IMG/VR virus record: IMGVR_UViG_3300005675_000019
Direction: 5' to 3' (one strand)
Origin: an uncultured virus (IMG/VR IMGVR_UViG_3300005675_000019)
Taxonomy: Duplodnaviria; Heunggongvirae; Uroviricota; Caudoviricetes
DNA length: 64,000 nt
This document shows, piece after piece, positions 30,753-40,077 of the stretch (position 1 is the stretch's first letter; every line of letters begins with the position of its first letter). The position numbers and the translations under genes were made by a program. The notes beneath the pieces were generated by a model. It had not been told where the DNA came from. It made no database searches and saw only the letters and a program-made list of their open reading frames with translations.

Positions 30753-30975
30753 CAGCGTATGGCAGATGCGTCCCCGATGGGGAGCGTGGGGTGTTCTTCC
30801 AGGTGGTGCTGCCCCTGGTCCTTCCACCCAAGCCTGAATTGCCAGGGTAATCTGCCGAGGCAACACGGTCTGGCTAGACCAGACGCTGGAAGAGACGTAA
30901 CCAGCACTTAACTGATGCAGGTTTGGGTATGAAAGCCCGCTATGGACTTTAGTAGTCAGGCCTGTGCCAATTAAG
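30753..30975 (+). ncRNA. Candidate multi-stem structured RNA(s)
   Basis: Nested stems CAGCGT/ACGCTG, TGGCAGA/TCTGCCG, GGGTG/CACCC, CCAGG/CCTGG, GTCTGG/CCAGAC; second junction at 30908-30974. Confidence 0.55.
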
Positions 30976-31001
30976 TCTAACAATAAGAACAAGAGGCAAC
31001 C

Positions 31002-31673
31002 ATGAGATTCTTCCTAGCAGATACGGAAACAACCGGGGTCTTGGCCGATGACGCGGTCTGCGAGGTGGCCTGGGCCGAGATTGATGAGGATTTCAACATC
31101 CTCGCTCAGGGTGCGAGCCTGATCAATCCAGGCAAGCCCATCCATTACGCAGCCAGCGCCGTCAACGGCATCACGGATGCGATGGTGGCTGATGCCCCGA
31201 CTCTGGAAGAGTACATGGTCAGTGTGGGCCACCCGCTGTTCGGTGACGACGTGGTGTTCATAGCTCACCAAGCTGCCTTCGACCACCGCTTCCTGAAGAA
31301 CATGCTGCACGATGACACCCAGCTCCTCTGCACGCTAAAGGTGGCCCGCCGCCTGTACCCGCATGCGGACAACCACAAGCAGGGCACACTGGCTGCCATG
31401 CTCGGCATCGAGGTGGCCCGCGAGAAGGCGCACAGTGCGGACGGTGACATCGACGTGCTGCTGAAGCTGGTCAAGCAGATGTGCGCTGATGCGGGCTGTG
31501 GCCTGAGTGATCTACTGCACATCCAGTCCATACCCCTGATCCCAACCAAGATTCCTTTCGGCAAACACAAGGGCACCAAACTCACCGACCTGCCGAAGTC
31601 CTACGTGTCCTGGCTGTTGGAGAAAGCCACCAACCTGGACCCTGATTTACGGACAGCCTTGTCCGCCCTGTAG
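31002..31673 (+). CDS. DEDDh 3'-5' exonuclease (ExoX/DnaQ-like) with a C-terminal PFGKHKG domain
   Basis: DTETTG, HQAAFD, HSADGD motifs. Confidence 0.9.
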   Translation: MRFFLADTETTGVLADDAVCEVAWAEIDEDFNILAQGASLINPGKPIHYAASAVNGITDAMVADAPTLEEYMVSVGHPLFGDDVVFIAHQAAFDHRFLKNMLHDDTQLLCTLKVARRLYPHADNHKQGTLAAMLGIEVAREKAHSADGDIDVLLKLVKQMCADAGCGLSDLLHIQSIPLIPTKIPFGKHKGTKLTDLPKSYVSWLLEKATNLDPDLRTALSAL

Positions 31674-31703
31674 CACCACAACAACTAGAAAGAGGCATCC
31701 AAT

Positions 31704-31940
31704 ATGGCAACTGAAATCACCAAGTATCTCGACTCCGCTGGCAAAGAGTGGCCGACCGCCGTTGAAGCGGACGCATCCGACGCCAAGCTCGCCAACCAGG
31801 CAGCCGTTGAGAAGTTCGTCGGCGAAAACTACAGCCAGACCACGACCAATGGCCGCAAGTCGCCGGCAGCCCGCGCCGCCGCCAACGCCATCTACAAGTG
31901 GCTCGGCAGCCAGAACGCAGCGTTCTCGCTCGAAGCCTAA
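31704..31940 (+). CDS. Small hypothetical protein
   Basis: GAGG RBS; biased codons; followed by a terminator. Confidence 0.7.
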   Translation: MATEITKYLDSAGKEWPTAVEADASDAKLANQAAVEKFVGENYSQTTTNGRKSPAARAAANAIYKWLGSQNAAFSLEA

Positions 31941-31962
31941 GCGGTCAACGACGGCGTAGTTC

Positions 31963-31988
31963 AGGCCCCCACTTCGGTGGGGGCTTTT
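31963..31988 (+). terminator. Rho-independent terminator
   Basis: AGGCCCCCAC-TTCG-GTGGGGGCTT plus TT. Confidence 0.85.
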
Positions 31989-32006
31989 CCATATCAAGGA
32001 GAGAGC

Positions 32007-32366
32007 GTGGACATCGAAACGTACAGCACGTTAGCACTGAGAACAGCCCCAAGGGGTTACACATGGACAGACGAAATTACCCACGCATCATTGGGTATTG
32101 GGGGCGAAGCCGGTGAGGTCCTGGACCATGTCAAGAAGGCGGCGTTCAACAACAGATCACTTGATCACGACCACCTGGTTGCTGAAGTTGGAGACCTGAT
32201 GTGGTACCTGAACCTGCTGGTGGCGTCTCTGGGTACTACTTGGGGCCACGTCCTGTCAGTTAACATCGCCAAGCTGGAGGCCCGTTACCCCGATCTGAAG
32301 TTCGACGCCGAGCACTCCCTGAACCGTGACCTGGCCGCAGAGAAGGCGGCGATGGAGTCGGTGTAA
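32007..32366 (+). CDS. MazG-like NTP pyrophosphohydrolase
   Basis: LGIGGEAGEV...EVGDLMWY...NIAKL..RYP. Confidence 0.88.
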   Translation: MDIETYSTLALRTAPRGYTWTDEITHASLGIGGEAGEVLDHVKKAAFNNRSLDHDHLVAEVGDLMWYLNLLVASLGTTWGHVLSVNIAKLEARYPDLKFDAEHSLNRDLAAEKAAMESV

Positions 32367-33262
32367 TGGACCGGGTCGAGGTCTTCAAGGCGGCGTTGAT
32401 GCGCTGCTGCCGAAGGTACTGCCGGGCCGGCGTCAACGGCCCCAGGCTGGTGACGTTGGAGACCCTGCCCTGGGTCACCAACAAGGTCTTCTTCGGTCTC
32501 CCGCTGCGCAGCGTCATGTCGCCTCCGGTCCCCGCTACAGGGATTGAAACCGAGGCGATTTTTGACGCCTGGCTCTGGCCGAAGTTTGCTGGCGAGGGTG
32601 ACTCTGTCGAGGACCTGGTCACGGCCAGCTCAGTGGCGCTGAAGAACTGGGTGATCCTGGGCAAGGACTTCAACGAGCAGACGCTGCGCCTGCTCTATGC
32701 CTTGGGCAATGCCGAGGGAGCGACCCTGGCCTTTGACAAGGCTGCCATGATGGTTCACCACGGCGACAGGTCCTACGGCATCATCGACGGTGCGATCCAC
32801 AGCCGGTTCTGCACCGGGCTAAAGGTGGGGACTGACCACTGGGCGTGGCTGCACAAGCGGCACAAGGTCAACTTCACGGACGAGCACCTGTGCTCCCTGT
32901 GGCAGGAGGCCTACCGGCGCGGACGTGGGGCGGTGGATGCGGTCACGGCCCTGTGGCAGGGTAATCCTGACATCTCATGGAGGGCAGTGCTGAAGACACG
33001 GGTACGTCGGGACCCGCCGAGCCAGGCCACGTTCGATAAGTGGGTGGCCATCCTCTGCACACCCGGCGATGCCCTCGCCATCCTGTACCCGAAGCTAGTA
33101 CCGCAGTGGATGAGTACTGGTGAGTTCTCCAAGGTGTTCTGCAGGTTGGCAGTTCGGAAAGAGAACCCGTCAGAGAGAGCCCTTCAGGGGTATATCACCC
33201 GGTTGTACAGGTTCATGTATGAGGGGGTTCAAAAGCCAGTCGGTAAGACTGACTCCGAGTAG
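32366..33262 (+). CDS. Hypothetical protein (298 aa)
   Basis: Long ORF coupled to the MazG-like gene; no motif recognised. Confidence 0.7.
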   Translation: MDRVEVFKAALMRCCRRYCRAGVNGPRLVTLETLPWVTNKVFFGLPLRSVMSPPVPATGIETEAIFDAWLWPKFAGEGDSVEDLVTASSVALKNWVILGKDFNEQTLRLLYALGNAEGATLAFDKAAMMVHHGDRSYGIIDGAIHSRFCTGLKVGTDHWAWLHKRHKVNFTDEHLCSLWQEAYRRGRGAVDAVTALWQGNPDISWRAVLKTRVRRDPPSQATFDKWVAILCTPGDALAILYPKLVPQWMSTGEFSKVFCRLAVRKENPSERALQGYITRLYRFMYEGVQKPVGKTDSE

Positions 33263-33290
33263 CACAACAATAACTATAAAGAAGAATAAT

Positions 33291-33830
33291 ATGAAAATCA
33301 TTGGAATTACCGGCCTTGCCCGCAGTGGCAAGGATAGCATCGCCAAATACCTCTGGGCCGAGTATGGTTACACCCGTATCGCTTTCGCCGACCCGCTGAA
33401 GATGGCGGCACAGCACATCTTCGGCCTGACTGCCGAGCAAACCTGGAACGAGGACCTGAAGGAGGTCGTGATCGAGTACTGGGGCATGTCCCCACGGCAG
33501 ATGTTTCAGAAGCTGGGCACGGAAGCAGTCAAGGGCACGTTCGGTGAGGACACCTGGTGCAAGCGCTGGGAACTCAGTTATGGCATCCTCGCATTGACGG
33601 ATGACGTGGTCGTCCCGGATGTCCGCACTGACGTGGAGGCGAGCATGCTCCGCTCTCTGGGCGCGGTCATGATCGAGGTCACCCGCAAGTCAGCGGGCCT
33701 AGATGGGGAAGACGGCAGGCACAGCTCCGAGAATGGGCTGAGCACCTTTGCTGAGTTCGAGATCACCAACGACGGCACGATGCAGGACCTGCATGATGCT
33801 GTGGATGTTGTTCTTGGGAAGCTGGGATGA
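33291..33830 (+). CDS. Deoxynucleoside monophosphate kinase
   Basis: IIGITGLARSGKD, FADPLK, PRQMFQKLGTE, DVR, HSSE. Confidence 0.92.
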   Translation: MKIIGITGLARSGKDSIAKYLWAEYGYTRIAFADPLKMAAQHIFGLTAEQTWNEDLKEVVIEYWGMSPRQMFQKLGTEAVKGTFGEDTWCKRWELSYGILALTDDVVVPDVRTDVEASMLRSLGAVMIEVTRKSAGLDGEDGRHSSENGLSTFAEFEITNDGTMQDLHDAVDVVLGKLG

Positions 33831-33894
33831 GCGCACACACCTTACATTCAGAGACGTGTGCCACAGCCTTGACCACCCAACCTGGAGGCGCAGG

Positions 33895-34164
33895 ATGAGC
33901 ACATTTCAAGAGGAGTCCGACCGCTGCGCGGACATGATCGACGCAGCGAGTGCCATCACGGAGACGTTCAACCGCCACAGTGAGGCCGCAGCACGGGCCA
34001 AGGCTGCACCGCAACAAAGACAGAACGCGGACGGCACGTGGCCGGTGACGGAATGTGAGTGCGGCGTGGAGATTGTCCCGGCCCGCCTTGCCCTGGGCCG
34101 GATCAAGTGCGTGGCCTGCCAGACCGAGCAGGAGTTACGGGAGAGGCAGTATGGACGTAGGTGA
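33895..34164 (+). CDS. DksA/TraR C4-type zinc finger protein
   Basis: ADMIDAAS...CECGVEI.PARL.L...CVACQ. Confidence 0.8.
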   Translation: MSTFQEESDRCADMIDAASAITETFNRHSEAAARAKAAPQQRQNADGTWPVTECECGVEIVPARLALGRIKCVACQTEQELRERQYGRR

Positions 34165-34432
34165 ACTCCGGCGTATCCGGGACGACGCAGTTGCAGAGAT
34201 GCACCGCCAGATTGAACTGGTAGAACCTGTCGATCTGCCCCACTGGTTGCTGATGAGCATGATGCTGCCCCTGTTTATGGGGGCAGCGCTGCAAATGACC
34301 GGGCGCATGCTCTGGACCCTGGTCGTGGGCTGGGTCAAGAGCCCCTTCAGCTTCCTGGCAATCTGGGCAGACTTGTTGGGGATCATGTGGTGGTTCCTCA
34401 AATCGAGTGTGGAAAGGATGGCACGGAAGTGA
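34151..34432 (+). CDS. Small membrane protein
   Basis: Long hydrophobic segments. Confidence 0.5.
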   Translation: MDVGELRRIRDDAVAEMHRQIELVEPVDLPHWLLMSMMLPLFMGAALQMTGRMLWTLVVGWVKSPFSFLAIWADLLGIMWWFLKSSVERMARK

Positions 34433-34520
34433 CGCCTGAATATCAGTGCGAAGTCGCAGCACAAAGTAAAGTCGCGCTGAGTTTCACATTCAGCACAGAT
34501 CAACGGAAAGGAGAAGCGCT

Positions 34521-37500
34521 ATGAGACGACTGATCGTGGATGTAAGCAGCCTGCTGTGGCAGTCGCTGCTGGCCGGCAAGGACAAAGAGTTCGGCATGGT
34601 TGTGGAGCACGAGGGTAAGGAGGTCCATGTCAATGGGTGGCAGTTCGGGCAGGAGTGTGCCATCAGCCACCTGCTCAGCGTCATGGGCGAGCTGGACGTG
34701 GTCCCGATCGAGACCATTTTCGTGGTCGAGGGCGCGTACTCGAAGCAGCGCCGGAAGGCCATCTACAACGGGTACAAGGAAGGCCGGGACTCTCGCCACA
34801 GCCTGGCCTATGAGCAGTTCAGCATCCTGCGGGACAAGCTGACCCAGACCTTCCGTAACCTGGGCGCTCAGATCGTGACCCAGGAAGGGGTCGAGGCTGA
34901 CGACATCATCGCCTACCTGGCCCGCAACCTCGACGGCGAGAAGGTGATCCTGACGACGGACGGGGACATGGCGACACTGATTGGCCCGGACGTGGCTCTC
35001 TGGCGCGGCGGCATGCTGACCCGTGAGAACCCCTACGGCCCCTTCCCCCACAAACTCATCCCGGTGTACAAGGCCCTGGTCGGGGACGGAAACGAGTACA
35101 AGGGCGCAACCCGGTTCGGGCCGAAGACCTTTCTCGACTTCCTGGTCTGGGCCGGCGAGGGCGGCCTGGCTGCCCTTGAGGGGATGATGAAGCGGCGGAC
35201 GTTGCATGAACTGGCTGATGACGTGGCTGAGTTCAAGCCTCTGAAGCTGATCGTCGACAGCGCCGAGCACGTCTACCAGTCCTACGACTGCGCCCTGCTG
35301 CACGACGAGTGGGTCAACACCCTGCGCCAGCCGCTGGAGTGGAAGGCTGGCATGGTCAAGCCAGTCAGCGCGTTCGAGGACAAGCGGCTGCACAAGTGGG
35401 CGCAGCAAGTGCGCTTGGTCGTGAGAAGCAACTACGATCAGGCTGCCTCATTTCTCGCGCAGCAGACGGGCAAGTCTGCCTTCTTCTGCCTAGACCTGGA
35501 AACTACAACCCCGGACGAGTCCGACGAATGGTTGGCACTCCGCACAACCAAAGGCGGGGGCGTGGACGTGATCGCTTCCACCATTGTGGGTTGTGGCCTT
35601 ACGTTCGGAAGGAACCAACAGTACGGCTTTTACTGTTCTGTTGACCACGCCGGGACCGACAACATCTCGTTGGACCAGTTACAAGGCCTGCTGGAGCTGA
35701 TCCCCCACGATAAAATGACCGTGGCGCACAACGCAGCAGGATTTGAGATACCCGTCCTGTTCAATGCGTTCGGCCAGAAGTGGGCCAGCAACGGCTGGCG
35801 CGGCATGTTCCCGAACATGGTTGATAGCCGGATAGCGGCCAGCTACTGGGATGAGAACCAACCTAGCCACGGGTTGAAGCAACTATCTGCGAAGCTGCTA
35901 GATTACCAGCAGCAGACCTACGAGGAAGTGACCGAAGGCAGGAAGATGGACGCGCTCACGGCGCAGCATGTCCTGTCCTACGGCCTGGATGACGTATTCT
36001 GTACGGTCGGTGTGTGGAACCTGTTTGTGACGGTGATGAAGTTAGAGAAGACGTGGGACGCCTTCATACGAGTCGAACAACAGCCAATGTACCTGTCCGC
36101 TTTATCCTACGTTCAGGGTACGCCGATCTCTTTGGAACGCCTGTTCAAACTAAAAGCCGAGGACGAGAACAAGTACACGGAGTATGAAAGTACTTTGAAC
36201 ACGTACCTGGTTGAGAAGGGGTGGAGCGGCACGAAGTGCCCCGTCCTGACTGAACTCACCCCCTCGGGCATCAAGGAAGCGGTTCAAGTCATCCTCGGCA
36301 CTCCGCTTGAAACCGCAGTGAGGACCGTATCAAAGCTGGCCAAACTGATAGATGTCATGGATCACGAGGATGCCCCGCTTCTGGCCAAGCTAGTCCAGGA
36401 TGCTGACATTCCGCAGATAAACGACTGGATGTCACGCCGGTTTGACGGCACACCTGATCTGAACGTCGGCAGCAACAAGCAGTTGGTGACCTTGATGTAC
36501 GACACCATGGGGCTGCCCATTCGCTTGCGCAACAAGGCAACTGATACGATGCGGGCCAAGGGGATTCGAGAAGGCAACCCCCGCGCCGACGATGACGCCA
36601 TGGCGATGGCCATCAAGAGAGGGGACGCTTCCCCGGAAGTGGCCCCTGTGCTGGAGGCCTTGAGCGCAATGAAGTCGATCAACACTCGGCGGGGTCTGTA
36701 CTGGGAGGCGTACCCCAAGATGGTCCATTGGAAGGACCGGCGTCTGCACCCGGAAGTTCGCCAGTGCGCTACCAACACTCGGCGGCATACCAGCGGAAAC
36801 CCGAACATCCAGCAACTGGACTCTGGGTATGGCGGGGTGCGCTCAGTATTTGTTCCCCACCACAAGGACGCTGTGATCGTGTCCTGTGACTTAGCCGGGC
36901 AGGAGATTCGCCTTCTGGCTGACATGTCCAGGGACGAGAACATGATGTCGGCCTACATGGGAGACGACCTGAAGGACCTGCACTCCTTCACGGCGGCTAT
37001 GGTGCTGGGGATACCGTATGACGAGTTCCGCACCCGGTACAAATCGGAAGACCCTGCCATAGCTGAGGCTGCTTACAACGCCCGCCAAAACGGGAAGATC
37101 ACCTTCTTTGCTTCCTCCTACGGTGCGATGGCACCGAAAATTGCAGAGGGTCTTGGCATCGAGGACGAGATAGCGCAAGGCTACCTCGACGCCCTCGATC
37201 GCGCCTTTCCACGGGTCAACATCTGGAAGAAGGAGACAGAAGACTTTGCCAGCCGGCAGGGCTGGGTCCCGCTCCATGGCGGGAATCGCCGACATCTGCG
37301 GGAACTGCTTCTGTCCGGGGACAAGTGGACGGCGCAGAAAGCCTTGAGACAGGCGTCCAATGCCTGTATCCAGGGTGCTGGTGGTAACCAGCTTCGCACC
37401 ATCATGGGCAGGATATGGAGCAGCGGTGTGCTGGACCGCTATGACCTGCGCTGGTACTGGCCATGTCACGACGAAATTATCGTGTCGGTGGGCAGGGCCG

Positions 37501-37691
37501 ATGCGGTGGCCTGCATCAAGGAACTGCACGGGATCATGTGCGAGCAGTTCCTGGACCTGCTTCCGTCCGCTTCCTCGATCGGTATCGGGGCGACGTTCGG
37601 GACCCTGATTGAGATAGGGGAGGTGCCAGAAGCCGCTCTGATTGAAGCGGCTTTGGATGAGATATTTGCCAAAACAGAGGCGACTGTGTAG
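34521..37691 (+). CDS. polA: Family A DNA polymerase with 5'-3' and 3'-5' exonuclease domains
   Basis: YKEGR, EADD and DGD (5' exo); DLETT, HNA and YGLDD (3' exo); DLAGQEIR, R...K...F...YG and HDE motifs. Confidence 0.95.
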   Translation: MRRLIVDVSSLLWQSLLAGKDKEFGMVVEHEGKEVHVNGWQFGQECAISHLLSVMGELDVVPIETIFVVEGAYSKQRRKAIYNGYKEGRDSRHSLAYEQFSILRDKLTQTFRNLGAQIVTQEGVEADDIIAYLARNLDGEKVILTTDGDMATLIGPDVALWRGGMLTRENPYGPFPHKLIPVYKALVGDGNEYKGATRFGPKTFLDFLVWAGEGGLAALEGMMKRRTLHELADDVAEFKPLKLIVDSAEHVYQSYDCALLHDEWVNTLRQPLEWKAGMVKPVSAFEDKRLHKWAQQVRLVVRSNYDQAASFLAQQTGKSAFFCLDLETTTPDESDEWLALRTTKGGGVDVIASTIVGCGLTFGRNQQYGFYCSVDHAGTDNISLDQLQGLLELIPHDKMTVAHNAAGFEIPVLFNAFGQKWASNGWRGMFPNMVDSRIAASYWDENQPSHGLKQLSAKLLDYQQQTYEEVTEGRKMDALTAQHVLSYGLDDVFCTVGVWNLFVTVMKLEKTWDAFIRVEQQPMYLSALSYVQGTPISLERLFKLKAEDENKYTEYESTLNTYLVEKGWSGTKCPVLTELTPSGIKEAVQVILGTPLETAVRTVSKLAKLIDVMDHEDAPLLAKLVQDADIPQINDWMSRRFDGTPDLNVGSNKQLVTLMYDTMGLPIRLRNKATDTMRAKGIREGNPRADDDAMAMAIKRGDASPEVAPVLEALSAMKSINTRRGLYWEAYPKMVHWKDRRLHPEVRQCATNTRRHTSGNPNIQQLDSGYGGVRSVFVPHHKDAVIVSCDLAGQEIRLLADMSRDENMMSAYMGDDLKDLHSFTAAMVLGIPYDEFRTRYKSEDPAIAEAAYNARQNGKITFFASSYGAMAPKIAEGLGIEDEIAQGYLDALDRAFPRVNIWKKETEDFASRQGWVPLHGGNRRHLRELLLSGDKWTAQKALRQASNACIQGAGGNQLRTIMGRIWSSGVLDRYDLRWYWPCHDEIIVSVGRADAVACIKELHGIMCEQFLDLLPSASSIGIGATFGTLIEIGEVPEAALIEAALDEIFAKTEATV

Positions 37692-37694
37692 TCT
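37666..37694 (+). promoter_or_regulatory. Sigma70-like promoter overlapping the polA stop
   Basis: TTGCCA-17 nt-TAGTCT. Confidence 0.5.
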
Positions 37695-37747
37695 CAATCA
37701 AAGGTGCCAGTAGCGCCAAAGTGTGCAGTCTTGTACAATACAGGCAT

Positions 37748-37852
37748 CGCTTGGCCGCGTGTTTAATACTCCAGGGAGGATCGGATTCCCCACTGCACAT
37801 CCTGGATGTGTCGGCCAATCTCGCGTAAGCGGGAAGTGGGGAACCCGATCCT
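37748..37852 (+). ncRNA. C4-like antisense RNA cassette 3
   Basis: Box a TTGGCCG 37751-57 in a CGC/GCG hairpin; box b TCCAGG 37770-75; stem 37777-94/37835-52 enclosing CCTGGA, CGGCCAA and a GTAA-loop hairpin. Confidence 0.75.
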
Positions 37853-37876
37853 TTCGCAATTCAAAGGTCTGTAAGA

Positions 37877-38419
37877 ATGAAAATTACTCAACCAGTCTTG
37901 CCTATTGCTCGGCTCCATGAACTGCTACGGTACGACGCAGAAACCGGGCTCCTTCATTGGACCGTCCGACGAAATCAATATGCGGTTAAAGATGCAGTGG
38001 CTGGACACAAAGCCGACTGCAGAGGTAAGACCTATTACCGTGTAAGGGTAGATGACCACATGATCATGGGACACTGGATCGTTTGGGCTATGTCATATGG
38101 AACTTGGCCAGAAGATCAAATAGACCATGACGACGGGGATGGTCTAAACAATAGGCTTAGCAATCTAAGGATTGCCCCGCAGTCTGAAAACAACAAAAAT
38201 GCAGCGATCAGGAAAGATAACAAGACAGGTGTCCTTGGCGTTGTAATTTCAAGGTGCGGGAATTTCGTCGCCCACGTCCGTGTAAATGGGAAGATGCTAA
38301 GCCTTGGGACTTACAAAACCCTAGAAGAAGCAGCCGCAGTCAGAGCGGCGGCTTCTGTTAAGTTTGGGTTCAACCCAAATCACGGTAGGGTTCCGAAGCA
38401 TATTAGCTCGACTGTGTAA
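37877..38419 (+). CDS. HNH endonuclease with C-terminal AP2 domain
   Basis: LRYDAETG...IDHDDGDGLNNRLSNLR...NKTGVLGV...LGTY.TLEEA. Confidence 0.9.
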   Translation: MKITQPVLPIARLHELLRYDAETGLLHWTVRRNQYAVKDAVAGHKADCRGKTYYRVRVDDHMIMGHWIVWAMSYGTWPEDQIDHDDGDGLNNRLSNLRIAPQSENNKNAAIRKDNKTGVLGVVISRCGNFVAHVRVNGKMLSLGTYKTLEEAAAVRAAASVKFGFNPNHGRVPKHISSTV

Positions 38420-38909
38420 TATTCAGGAGGTTTGACACATGAAGATAAACTATGGAGTTTCCGGGTGGCCATCATGGGAGATCAGCCTGGAGGAGGCCTT
38501 TACTATGGTCCTCCTATCAAGGTCTCATGCTACAGGGTCTTTGGAGGAGTTAACGGCAAGAGTGAGTCACCTTGAGACTATCATCAGACTCGTACTCACA
38601 CCAGAGCAAATACTGACACTGGCCAAGGAGTTCATGAGCCCGACGGCTTTTCTGTGTGACCTAGACAAGGAGCAATAACATGGGACACCAACCAACAATA
38701 AGCTGCCCGTTCTATGAAAAGGACGGCATGTGTGACCACCACGCCAGCCGGCACAAGGTGTTGTTCGGCCTTGTCATCATGCGTGATGACTGCGTACTGA
38801 CACTGCGTGATGAGCGAATTCAGGAGTGCGGAGTCAAGAAGCGGTGGGATGGGACTGTGAAACAGCCAAAACCTCTGTAACAACTGTAACAGTACATAAG
38901 AAGAATAAT

Positions 38910-39374
38910 ATGAAGAAATTTAGCATCGAATGGTGGCAGTCACTGACTGGTCCACAAGTTGGTAACGAAGTCGAGGCCCAGGTCGAGAAGGTGCTCAAGG
39001 GCTGGAACAATAGCGTGAAGTTTGCGTGGGCTCGGTTGCCTGATACCAAAGCTGCCCGCATGAGTATGATGCAGGCCCAGCCCGCTGACTACATCTACCG
39101 CTGTGGCTCATACGCCGGCTTCATCGAGGTCAAGGGCTTGGCCCACGCCTACCGGCTGCCGCGAGGCAACCTGTCGCAACTCCCGACGCTGCACAAGTGG
39201 GAACTGGCTGGCAGTGATGACGTGGTCCTGGTCTACCACTACCTCTTCGATGAGTGGCGTGCCATAGACCCTCGCCATCTCAAGGCGGACGTGCCGAGCC
39301 ACGACCTGCGTGAGTTCCCGGTCCATGCGAGTGCCGCTGAGGCGCTGAAGTCGATTGGGTACTTCGGGTCATGA
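38910..39374 (+). CDS. PD-(D/E)XK nuclease, RecU-like Holliday junction resolvase
   Basis: E...RLPD...PADY...FIEVK...Q pattern. Confidence 0.65.
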   Translation: MKKFSIEWWQSLTGPQVGNEVEAQVEKVLKGWNNSVKFAWARLPDTKAARMSMMQAQPADYIYRCGSYAGFIEVKGLAHAYRLPRGNLSQLPTLHKWELAGSDDVVLVYHYLFDEWRAIDPRHLKADVPSHDLREFPVHASAAEALKSIGYFGS

Positions 39375-39678
39375 GTGCCACACTGCCACTCACTGATGGC
39401 ACTACCACTCTGGAACCCTGCACCACTCCTCTGAAGGGGGCTGGACCTACTCCCCTCAAACTCTGCCCCTACTGCCAGCGCCTGCACCCCGAGGATGACT
39501 TCCACCGGCTGGTCAAGGGCAGGGGTGGCAAGATCATCGTCTACCAGTGTGGCCCATGCTACAAGGCCCGCCAGAACCCAGCGGCCAACAAGGAGCGGCT
39601 GGAGATCATGGTCTCGAACAACAAGCTCGCCAACAAGCGGGCATTCATTTTCCCGTCCATACCGAAAGGAAGAGGGGC

Positions 39679-40077
39679 ATGAAAGTTTGCAGGAGGTGCA
39701 ATGAGGAGAAGCCACTGACTGAGTTTTGGGCAGCCAAATCAGCGGCAGATGGCAAGCAGACCTACTGCAAGGCGTGCGCAAAGGCCAATAACTTAGCGTG
39801 GCATGCGGCAAACAGGGAGCGATGCAGAGCGAGGGACGCGGCATGGCGTGCCGCAAACCCTGAGAAAGTTAGAGCCTCCCACGCGAAGTGGCGGGCAGAG
39901 AACCCGGAGAAAGACAAGGCAAGGCACGACGCATGGCGTGCCGCAAACCCGGAGAAGGTAGAGGCCATCAAGGAGAAGCAGCGGGCTAAGAGAGCAGAGG
40001 CCAAGGTAGCCTGGTTCGAGGCCAACAAGGACGCAATCACAAAACCAATAAAGACTCCAGAGGAGTGGTCACAATGA
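39679..40077 (+). CDS. Zinc-finger protein resembling an endonuclease N-terminus without a nuclease domain
   Basis: CRRC.EEKPLTEF...DG...YCKAC followed by WRAANPEK repeats. Confidence 0.6.
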   Translation: MKVCRRCNEEKPLTEFWAAKSAADGKQTYCKACAKANNLAWHAANRERCRARDAAWRAANPEKVRASHAKWRAENPEKDKARHDAWRAANPEKVEAIKEKQRAKRAEAKVAWFEANKDAITKPIKTPEEWSQ

